Source: Podarcis bocagei (lineage: Eukaryota). From it: a stretch of 64,000 bases of DNA. Below are positions 49,650 through 60,641 of the stretch, one piece after another. The number at the start of each line of letters is the position of its first letter. The stretch's first letter is position 1. The position numbers were made by a program, and so were the translations under genes. The notes under the pieces are model-generated. The model made no database searches. It was not told where the DNA came from and saw nothing but the letters and a program-made list of their open reading frames with translations. The stretch lies in NCBI GenBank assembly GCA_964188305.1, contig OZ076888.1. The stretch is one strand, 5' to 3'.

Positions 49650-50598
49650 GTCTATAGGTAGGTAGGTAGCGAAGACACGTCTATTGCAGCGATCTGTGTT
49701 GGTGTGCAGGTGCGTATGAAATGCACAAAGAGACACAGTGCCTTGTTGTTCACTCAGTGTCAAGGTAACACAGGGCTTCTTTTTGTCCTTTTGTGGGTGT
49801 CCCAGGGTTTTAAGAGCTGTATCTTTGGGAACAAATTCTGAAATTATGGCAGCATCATAGAGACAGGTTTAGTTTTAGAAAGTATGTGACCAGCCCACGT
49901 GTATGTGTGTGCAAAGCGAATGCACATTCACCAAAATTTCCTCCCTTTAAAGAGCACTTTGAGGTCTGTGGATTGATATTATACAAACACCTCCCCCCCC
50001 CACACTCATAATTTATAATTATGTAGTTGTGCAGTTATGAACATGTACAGTATCTAGCACTGCCTTATGTATACAAAAATGTGCCCAGGACATCAGAATA
50101 TTCTGAATGAATGAATGGCTTGGTTAACAGTGCTCAAAACAGACCGCTGTATGCTCATAGCGTGGTAGTGAATGTGTGCGTTTTTGTGTGTGGTGAACAG
50201 AAGGGGGGCGGATGATACAGAAAATGAATCGCAAGTCACAGTAGCGCTTTGAATATGATCTGCCGCCTATTTATTTTGATTTAGATGCAGAATACAGGGA
50301 GGTGGGGGGAAATATAATAAGAAGGAGCAAACAACATGAGAAATGTGTTCTGCAAACAGAGCTGCAGTAAGTGTAATGAGGACTGGATCCATCCCAGAAA
50401 GAGTTCCCATTTCTTAAAGACCTTCCAACGTAAGCAGGAAGAGGGAGGGTAATGCCACAAGTGAATCTTCTCACGGCATCCTGCTGCTGTTGTGAGGAAA
50501 GTTGCACCTGCCAAACTTCTCTCTGTATGCAGGATGGAATCTTTACTATTATTCAGAGGGAGCTGAATATTATTCACAAGAGAAACAAACCCCGACTA

Positions 50599-50909
50599 CA
50601 GTGGTGCCTCGCAAGACGAAAATAATCTGTTCCGTGAGTCTCTTCGTCTAGCGGTTTTTTCGTCTTGCGAAGCAACCCTATTAGCGGATTAGCGCTATTA
50701 GCGGTTTAGCGGCTATTAAAGGCTTAGTGGCTTAGCAGCTTAGAAAAAGGGGGAGGAGTGAAAAAAATCGCAAGACTCGCAAGACTTTTTCGTTTTGCGA
50801 AGCAAGCCCATAGGAAAATTCGTCTTGCGAAGTGCATCGAAAAACAGAAAACCCTTTCGTCTAGCGGGTTTTTCGTCTTGTGAGGCATTCGTCTTGCGGG
50901 GCACCACTG
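50599..50909 (+). mobile_element. Tigger/pogo-like MITE, short form (311 bp) of the 6290-8051 family
   Basis: TA|cagtggtgcctcgcaagacgaa...ttcgtcttgcggggcaccactg|TA; colinear with 20112-20445. Confidence 0.92.
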
Positions 50910-52266
50910 TATCTGGTTGTGTAGGCTTCTAAAACTCTGCTGGTGGTGCCTAGGAAAAGCATACAGTTTTATTTTCAGTGTGCTGTCACTGAATAGCTCC
51001 TAAATATTTTTATTTTATTTTATTTTTTAAAATTCCAACCCTGGTGCAAGATGCTTTTTCGAGAACTAGCAATCAGCATGCCAACAGACAGGATCCGTTC
51101 AAGAAATGCGACAGCTGTTTTTCTCTCCTCCAACCCCAAGACAGCATCTCCTACTTATGGAGTTAAAGATTCTCTTTCTCCCTTGCTCCTGCCCTCCCCT
51201 CTCTTAATTGCCCATTAAATTATTTAAATATTTAGGACTAAAGGGCTTCAATTATCCATTAATTTACATTAGTAATTTATATATCAGACTGAATGGACAC
51301 GCTGTTAGTATAATGGGCCCCAGTGGACTGGCAGAAGCCACACTGCTGTGCATTTTCCTGGAATATGATCCATTTCTTTACACCTTCATAGCTTTTTAAA
51401 GCACACACAGAGAGAGCGAGACAGATAGGCACTCGGCCGCATGCACATGCACGCCAGCCTGTGCATCAAAAAGCATGTGCAGGGCTGCATGTCCTCAGTG
51501 CAACGCAAATGCACAGTTGCATTCCACGAATGGGTGCATGGAGAATAATGAAACACAGAAGAGCCCTCGACTCTCTCACACTCATATTCTCAAGTTCTGT
51601 GTCGTGCCGTCAGTCGCCTGCTCTTTCAACTGTGCTGCACAGAAAAGGCCCCTTCTCAACATTTCCTTTAGAAAGCCTGCAGCCCATCTTTCTCGACCTG
51701 CCTATTTCATGTGCAAATTCTGACAATCGCATCCTGTTAATCAGTACACTGCAGGCCTTGAGATCATTCTCTTGGCAGTAGGGGCAGCAAAGAAGAGGAT
51801 ATTTATTGCCTCTTCAGTATTTTTTTTTAAAAAAAGGAATCTAAATCGCAGTGAGGGTGGAGGCTTCAGTGGTCTGCTAGGCCCATCCAATCTAGTTTTG
51901 CTTGAACTACAGGTAAGGGTCATCAGGTGAAAAAGAAGACAAGGCTCCTGTACCTTTAATGGCCATCCTTCAAAATTTGCAGTTCTCTGAATTTTGCAAT
52001 GCAATTCTACATTGCCAAGTAATGTGTGTCAACTGGGTAAAGTGACCATTAAAAAATAATAAACATGTTTTCACTATCATGCAAAAATGCATTATTTGGG
52101 GGTAATTGCAAAAGGTATGGTGAATTTTCGCAAGGACTTCTTTTCTTTCTTTCTTTTTTAAAACCAAATTCTCAGATTGGCATGGGTATGTGGGGAACTG
52201 AACTTCAGACTGCAAAAACGAGAAATGGGCAGAAGCTGAAATGGACTGATTCACTGAACCCTAGTG

Positions 52267-52743
52267 CAGTGTTTCCCAACCTTTTTTGGGCAAAGGCACA
52301 CTTGTTGGATGAAAAAAATCTCGAGGCACACCACCATTACAGCCCCGTGACGTCAGCGCGCAGCGTCACGCCGGGAGGGACGCACGAAAGTGTAAGATTC
52401 AATTTTTCCCCCTCCCCCTTGCTGGGGAACCTCCAAGCTTTGGGGGGGGGGGAGGAGGCAGCAAAGCGAGGCAGGAAGGAGAGCGCGGCTTGGCTGGGTG
52501 AGGTTTGGCAGGGAATGAGAGCCGCGAGGCGGGCGCTGCGGACGGAGGCGCTGCCCGCCGAGCTCGCAGGCAGCCAGGCAGGCAGATGGCGAGAGCCCCA
52601 CGCTGGGCGGCCTCTCCTCGCCGCCGCCGCCCCGCCTCTCGCCGCCCGACTCACCCGCCTCCCTCCAGGCAACATCTCGCGGCACACCAGGCAACATCTT
52701 GCGGCACACTAGTGTGCCGCGGAACAGTGGTTGGGAAACACTG
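52267..52743. mobile_element. hAT (Charlie-like) MITE with CpG-rich interior
   Basis: TIR cagtgtttcccaacc / ggttgggaaacactg; perfect 8-bp TSD ccctagtg at 52259-52266 and 52744-52751; subterminal ggcacac repeats. Confidence 0.92.
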
Positions 52744-53990
52744 CCCTAGTGGGACTGTGGTCCCGATTCAGATCACGGGACTTGTGCTGGCAATTTGAGG
52801 TTGTTGGTTTTTTTAAAAAAAGAACAACAACCACCAAACCCTGCACTTGAGGGCACAGATACTGTGCCAGTGTTATCATCCTGTCTGACCCTTGAACAGA
52901 TTAGGATAAAGTTAATCTATCCAGTGAAGATACTTTAGCCTGGGAAGGTGAGATTTGAAGAAGCAGTGTCTCTCTTCTCCAGGTCCCTGGTGAGGATGCC
53001 TGCCTCTTTCATTCTGAGGATCCTAATCTTGAAGCCGGTCCTTTAAGAACTGCCTTCCAGGTACTGCTTTTGCCAATGCCTCCCAGAGGCTCCTGTGCTT
53101 TTGGTAAATAGCTCTTAGGAAGCCTCATTCTGGGCAGTGTCCTTGTTTGACATCCTGTCCGCCTGTGTGTCATCTGCTATCTCTGCCACAGCAACTCTAT
53201 AGCTGTAATGTAGTGGAAGCCTGCCTGCTTTTGACACTGTCTTACTTGAGATTCCTCTAATTGCCTGTAGAAGCTCTTTCCATGCAGTGGCAGTGGCAGA
53301 GGAGGAGTGGGAAAGTGTGTGTGTGTTGGGGCAGTGGGAGAGAAAACAGACTAGTAGTCTTATCTTCATCTTCACATAGAAAGATGGCAGCTTTTCAAGT
53401 ACTTGGGGGAAAGGCCTGGATTGAAAGCCAACCAAATTCTCACTGGAGAACTGGACTTGATTCTTTTATACCAGCCTTCAGCAGCCTTGCACCCTCCAGA
53501 TGATGGGAGTTGTAGTCGAAAACATCTGGAGGGACCAGGTTAGCAAACCTTGTCCTATACTATCCCAATTGTATTTGGAGATTTAAAGTTTGGTTAGCAA
53601 TGGAAGCAAAAACATCCCTATATGTTAAGCCATTTCTATAAGGTAGGGAAAATTGCGTTCTGTGTTGTTGACCCCAATCTTGGCCCACCCTCCTTTGCTG
53701 TGTAAATATGAGTGCCTTGCTCTGCAGTGAGCTTTGCAGAAAACAATGAGTTGAATGGATGCCCTTGTCTTATCTAATCTTGGCCAAGAGCTGGGTCTTG
53801 GTCTCTGCTTTTTAAGCATGGAAACAGTGGCACCCTTTCAGGGTTAGTAGGAAGAACACATATGCAGGCCTTGTGTAAACTCAGCCTCAGAACTTTAATG
53901 TCTCCACAGGGCACATGAGGTCCTTGCTTGTTGCAGGCTTCTTGTTTCTATGCTAACAACAAGGAAACTGATTGTGCATTCTTTTGTGTA

Positions 53991-54232
53991 CTGTGGTACC
54001 TCGGGTTACATACGCTTCAGGTTGCATACGCTTCAGGTTACAGACTCCGCTAACCCAAAAATATTACCTCGGGTTAAGAACATTGCTTCAGGATGAGAAC
54101 AGAAATCGTGCTCCGGCGGCACAGCAGCAGCAGGAAGCCCCGTTAGCTAAAGTGGTGCTTCAGGTTAAGAACAGTTTCAGGTTAAGAACGGACCGCCGGA
54201 ACAAATTAAGTACTTAACCCGAGGTATCACTG
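53991..54232 (+). mobile_element. Tigger-like MITE (20500 family)
   Basis: TA|ctgtggtacctcgggtta...taacccgaggtatcactg|TA. Confidence 0.9.
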
Positions 54233-55039
54233 TATATCCTTCTGTTTATATATCAGAGATGAATTGGATGGTGCTTTACCCTGATTGGACCTATCGTGTG
54301 TTGGGGATCACAAGCACCCCACCTAACCAGCACACTGGACCCACCTCCACAATCCGAGCTACCAACATGGAGGGGGACAGCACATTCAAACGTGGCCTTG
54401 CTTGCAAAATCCAATCTGTATAGGCCAAAATGAGGGAGCTGATTACCAGATCTTTTCCTGGCCTATATGCAGTAGATTTTACATGTGGGTGGCATATTGA
54501 GGTGTTTCATCCCCACACTGACAGCTGGATGCTCTAGAGGTGAGTCAGAGTTTGGAGAGGCCAGGGGTTTTTTTTATGCATTAAATGTACATGCTGCCCT
54601 TCAGCACTGCTGTTCCCAGGACAGCTAACGGGTCAATAAAACAGGCAAACTCATATAAGACACAATTAAAACTGAGTTGTGCAGAAGAACCAGAGAGGAA
54701 AGTGCAGAGAGGCAGCTGGAGATGGTACAGAATGGCCTACAAAGGGGCAAGGCGGCTGATGGATGTTCGTTGGAGGAGCTTGGTGAATTGCAAAAGGGAT
54801 TGTGAGAGAAGGCTGCAGAAAAAGGTGACCTCAGGTGGAATGCCAATAAGGAAAAAGGTGGAATGCCAATAGAACAAGAGGCATCTAGGAAGTAACATCT
54901 AATGGGGCCAACAAACGAATCCACAGAGTCTTTGGCCATGTGAGAGATGTGGAAAACACCTTTACTGGGGTAAAGGTGTCCCACCTCCAAAAGTAATTAT
55001 TGGGGAAGGTCTCATTAGAACTGACTACCAGGATGACAT

Positions 55040-55300
55040 GTATTATATCTCCAGAATGCTTGTTCAAAACCACAGTTATTGAAACTCAGCTGGAATGTAT
55101 ACCACTGATCAGGAAAGGTCTCTGTGGGGCCAAGAAAAAGGCAGCATGGTTAACAAGCAAAGTCAAGGAAGTTATTAGAGGCAGTTGCTGGGCACTGTTG
55201 CACTCAAGCTCTAATTTTGGGCTTCCTGTAGGCATCTTATAGGCCACTGTGAGAACAAGATGCAGAACTAAATAGGCCTTTGGTCTGATCTAGGAGGGAT
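55040..55300 (+). mobile_element. CR1 remnant: internal ORF2 piece joined directly to the 3' UTR
   Basis: LFKTTVIETQLECIPLIRKG...KKAAWLTSKVKEVIRG resembles the CR1 ORF2 linker; then ggccactgtgagaacaagatgc...ggtctgatctag as at 28440-28500. Confidence 0.65.
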
Positions 55301-57792
55301 CCAGAATGTCCTTACATGAAGAGGTACACAATGCTTGTTCATGGGAGATCGTAGGACGCGTGTTATGAAAACGTAAAGGGAGAAGAGGTCTGTTGAAGAC
55401 AATTGGAGGACCAGCTGAAGAAGAAAAGCTGGAGATGGAATAGAACAGAAGCAGGTCAGCAGAGGAGAGGAGAAGTGCACACTGGGAAACGGAACCATAA
55501 ACAGAAATGCTTTTTTGTGAGTGTGACAGGGACTTACTCGATGCAGCTTGTGACACACAGCTGATTCCGGTGCCGTGTAAACCACAGGAGGTCGGGGCTG
55601 GCTTTTTGGTTTGTTCATTAATATAATTGCTTGCTTGTGTTATCAGCAGTGAAGTGATTTCGTTCGTGCTCATTAGATTCCAGAGTGGTTGCCAGTCTGT
55701 CTCTTCTCATCTGCAGCTGAGAACTATTTATTTGAGGACGATGTGCGCTTCTCTTCCATGACCGTTTAATGGCCAGGCATTCAACCTCAGGCAGCTGAAG
55801 AGACTGCAAGTGACTCTGGGTTCTGCCACCTTCCAAAAGAGCTAGGAGGTCAGGGCACTCCTTGAACAGCTGGTTGCTCCTCCTGAGGCCTCTGAAGAGC
55901 AGCAGTGTGAGCCCAAGTTAATTAACATGGGAGGAGCATGTATATTTTGTATTGTTTTTTGTAAGTCCCTTTAAAAGCTTATTTAGCAGAAAGGTGTCTA
56001 ATACTGTACCTGGGGGGGGGGGGAGGAATAAACCAAACAATGGGATCACACATGCACACTGAGGACCATTCTCATTCCTACTTCTTATTTGTCTGTGTGT
56101 ACAGTCATCCCGAATTTCCTTTCTATAGGGCATTATGTGCCTGGAAAATTGTGGCTATGATATTTCAAAGGGGACAAAGAGTGCTATGCATGTGTGTTTT
56201 GATATATAGGTATATTCTTGCTGCAAACAGTTTTAGATGATGCAGACAGAACTGGCACTGAGTTGGCCTTTGATAGAAGCTTTGTGTGCCTGTAATAAAT
56301 ATATACGTATATATACAACCTATGACTTGGGCCATTTTGTCATGGTGCTGGCCCTGCTTTCAGCTCCAGCAGTAATAGTTTCATCGCCACACACACAAAA
56401 TAAACCTCAGCTCCAGCCAATCAGCATTTATGCTTCCAATAAAACCCAGCATTCTGGATCAAGAGCCATCAATACGATGTCATACAGCCACAGTCAGATT
56501 ATAGCATTAGCAGAGGAAATGGGGCCTTGTGTATTCCTTGAGAGGCTGCTAAAATAGGATGAGGTTTCTGTGGTGCCATTTGCGTTCCGTCTCAAAACAG
56601 ATCGGCAGAGTTATAGGCTTCAAAGGGTGCCATGCTGAAGAAAGCAAATATCGGCCATTGTGGGCTTTAGCAGGGGGAGGCCGTAAATGTTAGATGGCTG
56701 CTTTAAATAGAGGGTATCCTGCCTTGGGGCAGGAGTTGAACTGTCTGGCTCATAGGCCTGGTTCAGATGCTATAATGTTTTCCATACTGAGTCTTCCAAA
56801 CACCCATCAGTGTGGTCATTCTGAGTCAGACATTGCTTCCTCCCTGCGACCACTTCCACTGGGATGCTCAGCAGGGATAACTTTGCAGGTTCCGAACTGG
56901 GCCACAAACATCCATCCCATGTGTCTGGCACAAAGTTGGGCTTTGGAAAAACCTCCACTTTTATTTTTACTTCCAAAAATATATTTCTAGTTCTTAGGGC
57001 AACAGGTAGTTTAAAAAAGAGAAAAAGATCAGAACATTGTTTGAGCAGATTGATTCTTTTGGTACTTTGTATATCCCTGCATCCATCTTGGTTGATTTGT
57101 CCCCATTTATCCACCGCTTTTTTTAAAGTGCCCAGGCTTGGAAAACTGATTTAGACCGAGGTTTGGCATGGAATAGAACATCAGAAAATTGCCCTCGGTT
57201 AGATCCTGTTGCATTGCGCGGACATGTCAGCTTGCTGGAAATTGCAGCCATTGTGAATGAAACCAAATCAAAATGTTGCTTCTCCTGAGTTCTGCAGTGC
57301 CAGGGTCAATTTTCATTTTCCTTTGGAGAGAGTTTACTAACTTGTGTTAAAAAAAATCATCTATGTTATCTAGTTCCTAACCTGACTTCTTCACTATATG
57401 AATGATTGTGAGATGAAGTCCTAGTTTGACAGGCTCCTCGCTGTCACGGACTAACACCCAATTTCATGACTTGCCAGTCACCCATTATTTCATTGCTACA
57501 GAGACTTCTGTCTCTATGGAGGCAGATTTAGCTTGGCAAATCACCTTTTATTAGCTTTTAATGGCTAATGTCCACTAGAAAATGACAACCATTGCTGGCT
57601 TTTCATTATTGTCGTACTCGCAGGCACAGGGTGTAATCTGAGCAGGCAGACTGGTCCAAATTAGGTTTCCTGTTAGAGAAGGGGCACACACAGGCCTGAA
57701 TTCACGTGGGAGCTAAAACTGAATCCAGAGACATGAGCCTGAGAAAGTTAAATCACAGCATTCTGTATTTTAGGAGAATGAGTGTACATGCG

Positions 57793-58036
57793 TACAACAG
57801 AAGTCGAACGCCTTGCGAGTCAAACGTTTTGGCTCCCAAACACTACAAACCCAGAAGTTAATGTTCTGGTTTGCGAATGTTCTTTGGAACCTGAACGTCC
57901 GACACGGGTTCCATGGGTTTTGATTGACTGCAGGACCTTCCTGCAGCCAATCAGAAGCCGTACCTTGGCTTCCGAACATTTTGAAAGTCGAACAAACTTC
58001 CAGAACAGATTCCATTCGACTTCCGAGGTACAACTG
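57793..58036. mobile_element. Tigger-like MITE remnant (third family; left TIR lost)
   Basis: Right end ttcgacttccgaggtacaactg|TA; repeated cgaac motifs. Confidence 0.65.
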
Positions 58037-59270
58037 TATTACCGTTTTCAGTTCTCAACTAAATGATGTGCGTAGATGCAGTTACCAAAAATGTTTGAAA
58101 ATGCATACACTTCACCATCCCTGCCCATGTTGGCTGGAACTGCTGGACATTGTAGGCTGAAGGATTTGGAAAATATCAAGGTGGGGGAAGGTTGTCTGGA
58201 CCGTGTCCCAGGTATTTTAGCTCTTCAATGATAAATACCTGAACCTATTCTACAAGCCCCATTTCTGCTCTTCCTGATACTTTACTGCAAAAGTGATCAC
58301 TTTCCAGTTTGTTTATAGTTCTGAAAATAAAATCATAACAAGTCGTTGATCAACTTATCATGATCACTTTGATCTGAAGGTGGTAAAAAACAAATCAGAT
58401 ATGTATGCAATTTTGTTGCATTTGAAATTTACTTATTTATTAAATTTTTATACTGCCCTTCATCTGAGGATCACGGGGTTGCGTACAATATCAAAACACA
58501 TAAATGCATACCATAGTAACAAACAAAACAACAACCCCCACTATTGAATCAATAATGCTTGAGTGGCTATTAAAAATTCTGCAAAACCTTTGCCCCAAGT
58601 GTGAAATGTAAGTCACTTCAGGCGGGTGGGAGCTCACATGCTTCCCCATGCTCCTCTACATTGGGGGTGCTTGAGAAAATACTTTTCTGTGAATTCCAAG
58701 GCAAACTGGCATGATCTCCACCTCCTAATCTGCAGACTGAAGCACAATTATCCTTTGGGTTTCGCATTTGTCTGCAATACAGTTCTCCGTTCAAAAACAT
58801 ATGCAGGCATGTGTTTAACATCCTAACCCACATATTTTAGGATAAATTAAGTTTGAAACTAATAAATTGAGATAGACAAGTATTTAAATATTATTTTCTG
58901 TTTGGATTTTTTAAAATGCAGTTTAATGCAGGAACAGAACTTACGATGCAAAATTTACATGGACTAGAAATTGCCAGAACCAGCCATCCCTGCTCCATAC
59001 AAAAAATAAAATAAAATCAGCCCTCACTTTCAGAAAACTAGCATGTCAAGGAGAAGGCTAGGTTGGAAAAACACTTTCTCATATCTAGTTTGCAGGGATG
59101 GGGAAACTGTGGACCTCCCGATGTTGTTGGACTCCAGCTCTCATCATCCTTTAGCCAAAATGGCCAGTGGTCTGGAATGACGGCATGTTGTTGTCCAGTA
59201 GCACAGATTCCCTGTGCCACCCTATCAGAACAGATGGTCAAGTAATGCATAGATGTACCCACAGACTGCA

Positions 59271-59504
59271 TTAAGAAAGGTAAAGGGACCCCTGACCATT
59301 AGGTCCAATCGTGGCCGACTCTGGGGTTGCGGCGCTCATCTCGCTTTATTGGCCGAGGGAGCCTCGTACAGCTTCGGGTCATGTGGCCAGCATGACTATG
59401 CCGCTTCTTGTGAACCAGAGCAGCGCACGGAAACGCCGTTTACCTTCCCGCCAGAGTGGTACCTATTTATCTACTTGCACTTTGATGTGCTTTCGAACTG
59501 CTAG
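59271..59504 (-). mobile_element. 5'-truncated Sauria SINE
   Basis: Colinear with 28588-28815; 16-bp TSD gtacccacagactgca at 59255-59270 and 59505-59520. Confidence 0.92.
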
Positions 59505-60219
59505 GTACCCACAGACTGCAATACAAGGATGCTATTCTCTCTCTTGGACTAGGATCTACCATCCTCCCCTTTTTGTTGTTTTCTTCTTGTTGCTTTTGCC
59601 AAGTTATCTGGCCCAGTGCATTATGGGACATCTGGCATCTCTACGTTTTGTTCTTCCCATTCTCCACCCCTTCCTCCTCCACCCCACACTTCCACCTCTG
59701 AATTATTATTATTATTATTAAGTGCTGATGGGAAGGACATCATGCGTACTGGGGGAGAGGATGCAAGCACCAGATAAGGCTTGTATGTAAGAATGTGTCT
59801 GTCATCAGGCTTGTCTTTCCTCCTCTTCATTCTGGGACACTTACCCGTTTTAATTTTGACTCGTGTAAGTGAAGCTGGGTAGGCAGGCAGATAACGGGAA
59901 GCATCAAGAGTGGCAGGCACTGAGTCAGCAGCGCCTTGGATAAATGCAGACAGATGGCTTAGCAATGCTCCGAGATTCAAATGGGAAGCCTGGCCTTCTC
60001 ATTTAAAAATAATAACTACAAAACATGGGGGGTGTTCATTTAATCAAAGTGTTCTCTAATTAGTTCATACCTGCTTCCCCCTTATCTGTATCCAAGATGA
60101 AAAAATGTTCGGCCTTGCTCTTGGCTAATGTCGCATCATAGATGCAACCCCACCCATCATGGACAGCTGCTAACTTGCCATGTCAAATTAAGATGCCCGT
60201 GCACCCTCTGCTAGTATAG

Positions 60220-60549
60220 TGAAATATACGAGAGTGGATTTCATGCTCTTTATTCAGCTCACAGTGGTGAGGAGGAATGGAATTTCCCCCCAGAATGTCT
60301 GCTTTATATACATTATTTACACAATGGGCCCCACGTGATCCCTAATTCTGGGATTCTCCTGTAGGCCAATCAGGTTGCGGATTCACTTCCACCTGGAGCT
60401 GGATTGGGTGGCTCCTGTGGACCAATCAGGCTGCTGCATTCTGGATCCAATTTTTCTAGGACCAATCAGACTGCTGCATTCTGAAGCCTATTGTTCTAGG
60501 ACCAATCAGACTGCTGTATTTTGGATCCTATTCAATTCAGTACATAACA
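60220..60549 (-). mobile_element. Solo LTR (330 bp), probably from a Gypsy-like retroelement
   Basis: TG...CA termini; 5-bp TSD tatag at 60215-60219 and 60550-60554; on the minus strand three 40-bp CCAAT repeats, then TATATAAA (60303-60310), then AATAAA (60249-60254). Confidence 0.85.
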
Positions 60550-60641
60550 TATAGCATGCAGATTTCATGGAGCAGCAGTAAACTCATGCAGAACACAATT
60601 AAAATGTTGGTGTGTTTAGTGGGAAGGGCATGTGCCATATA

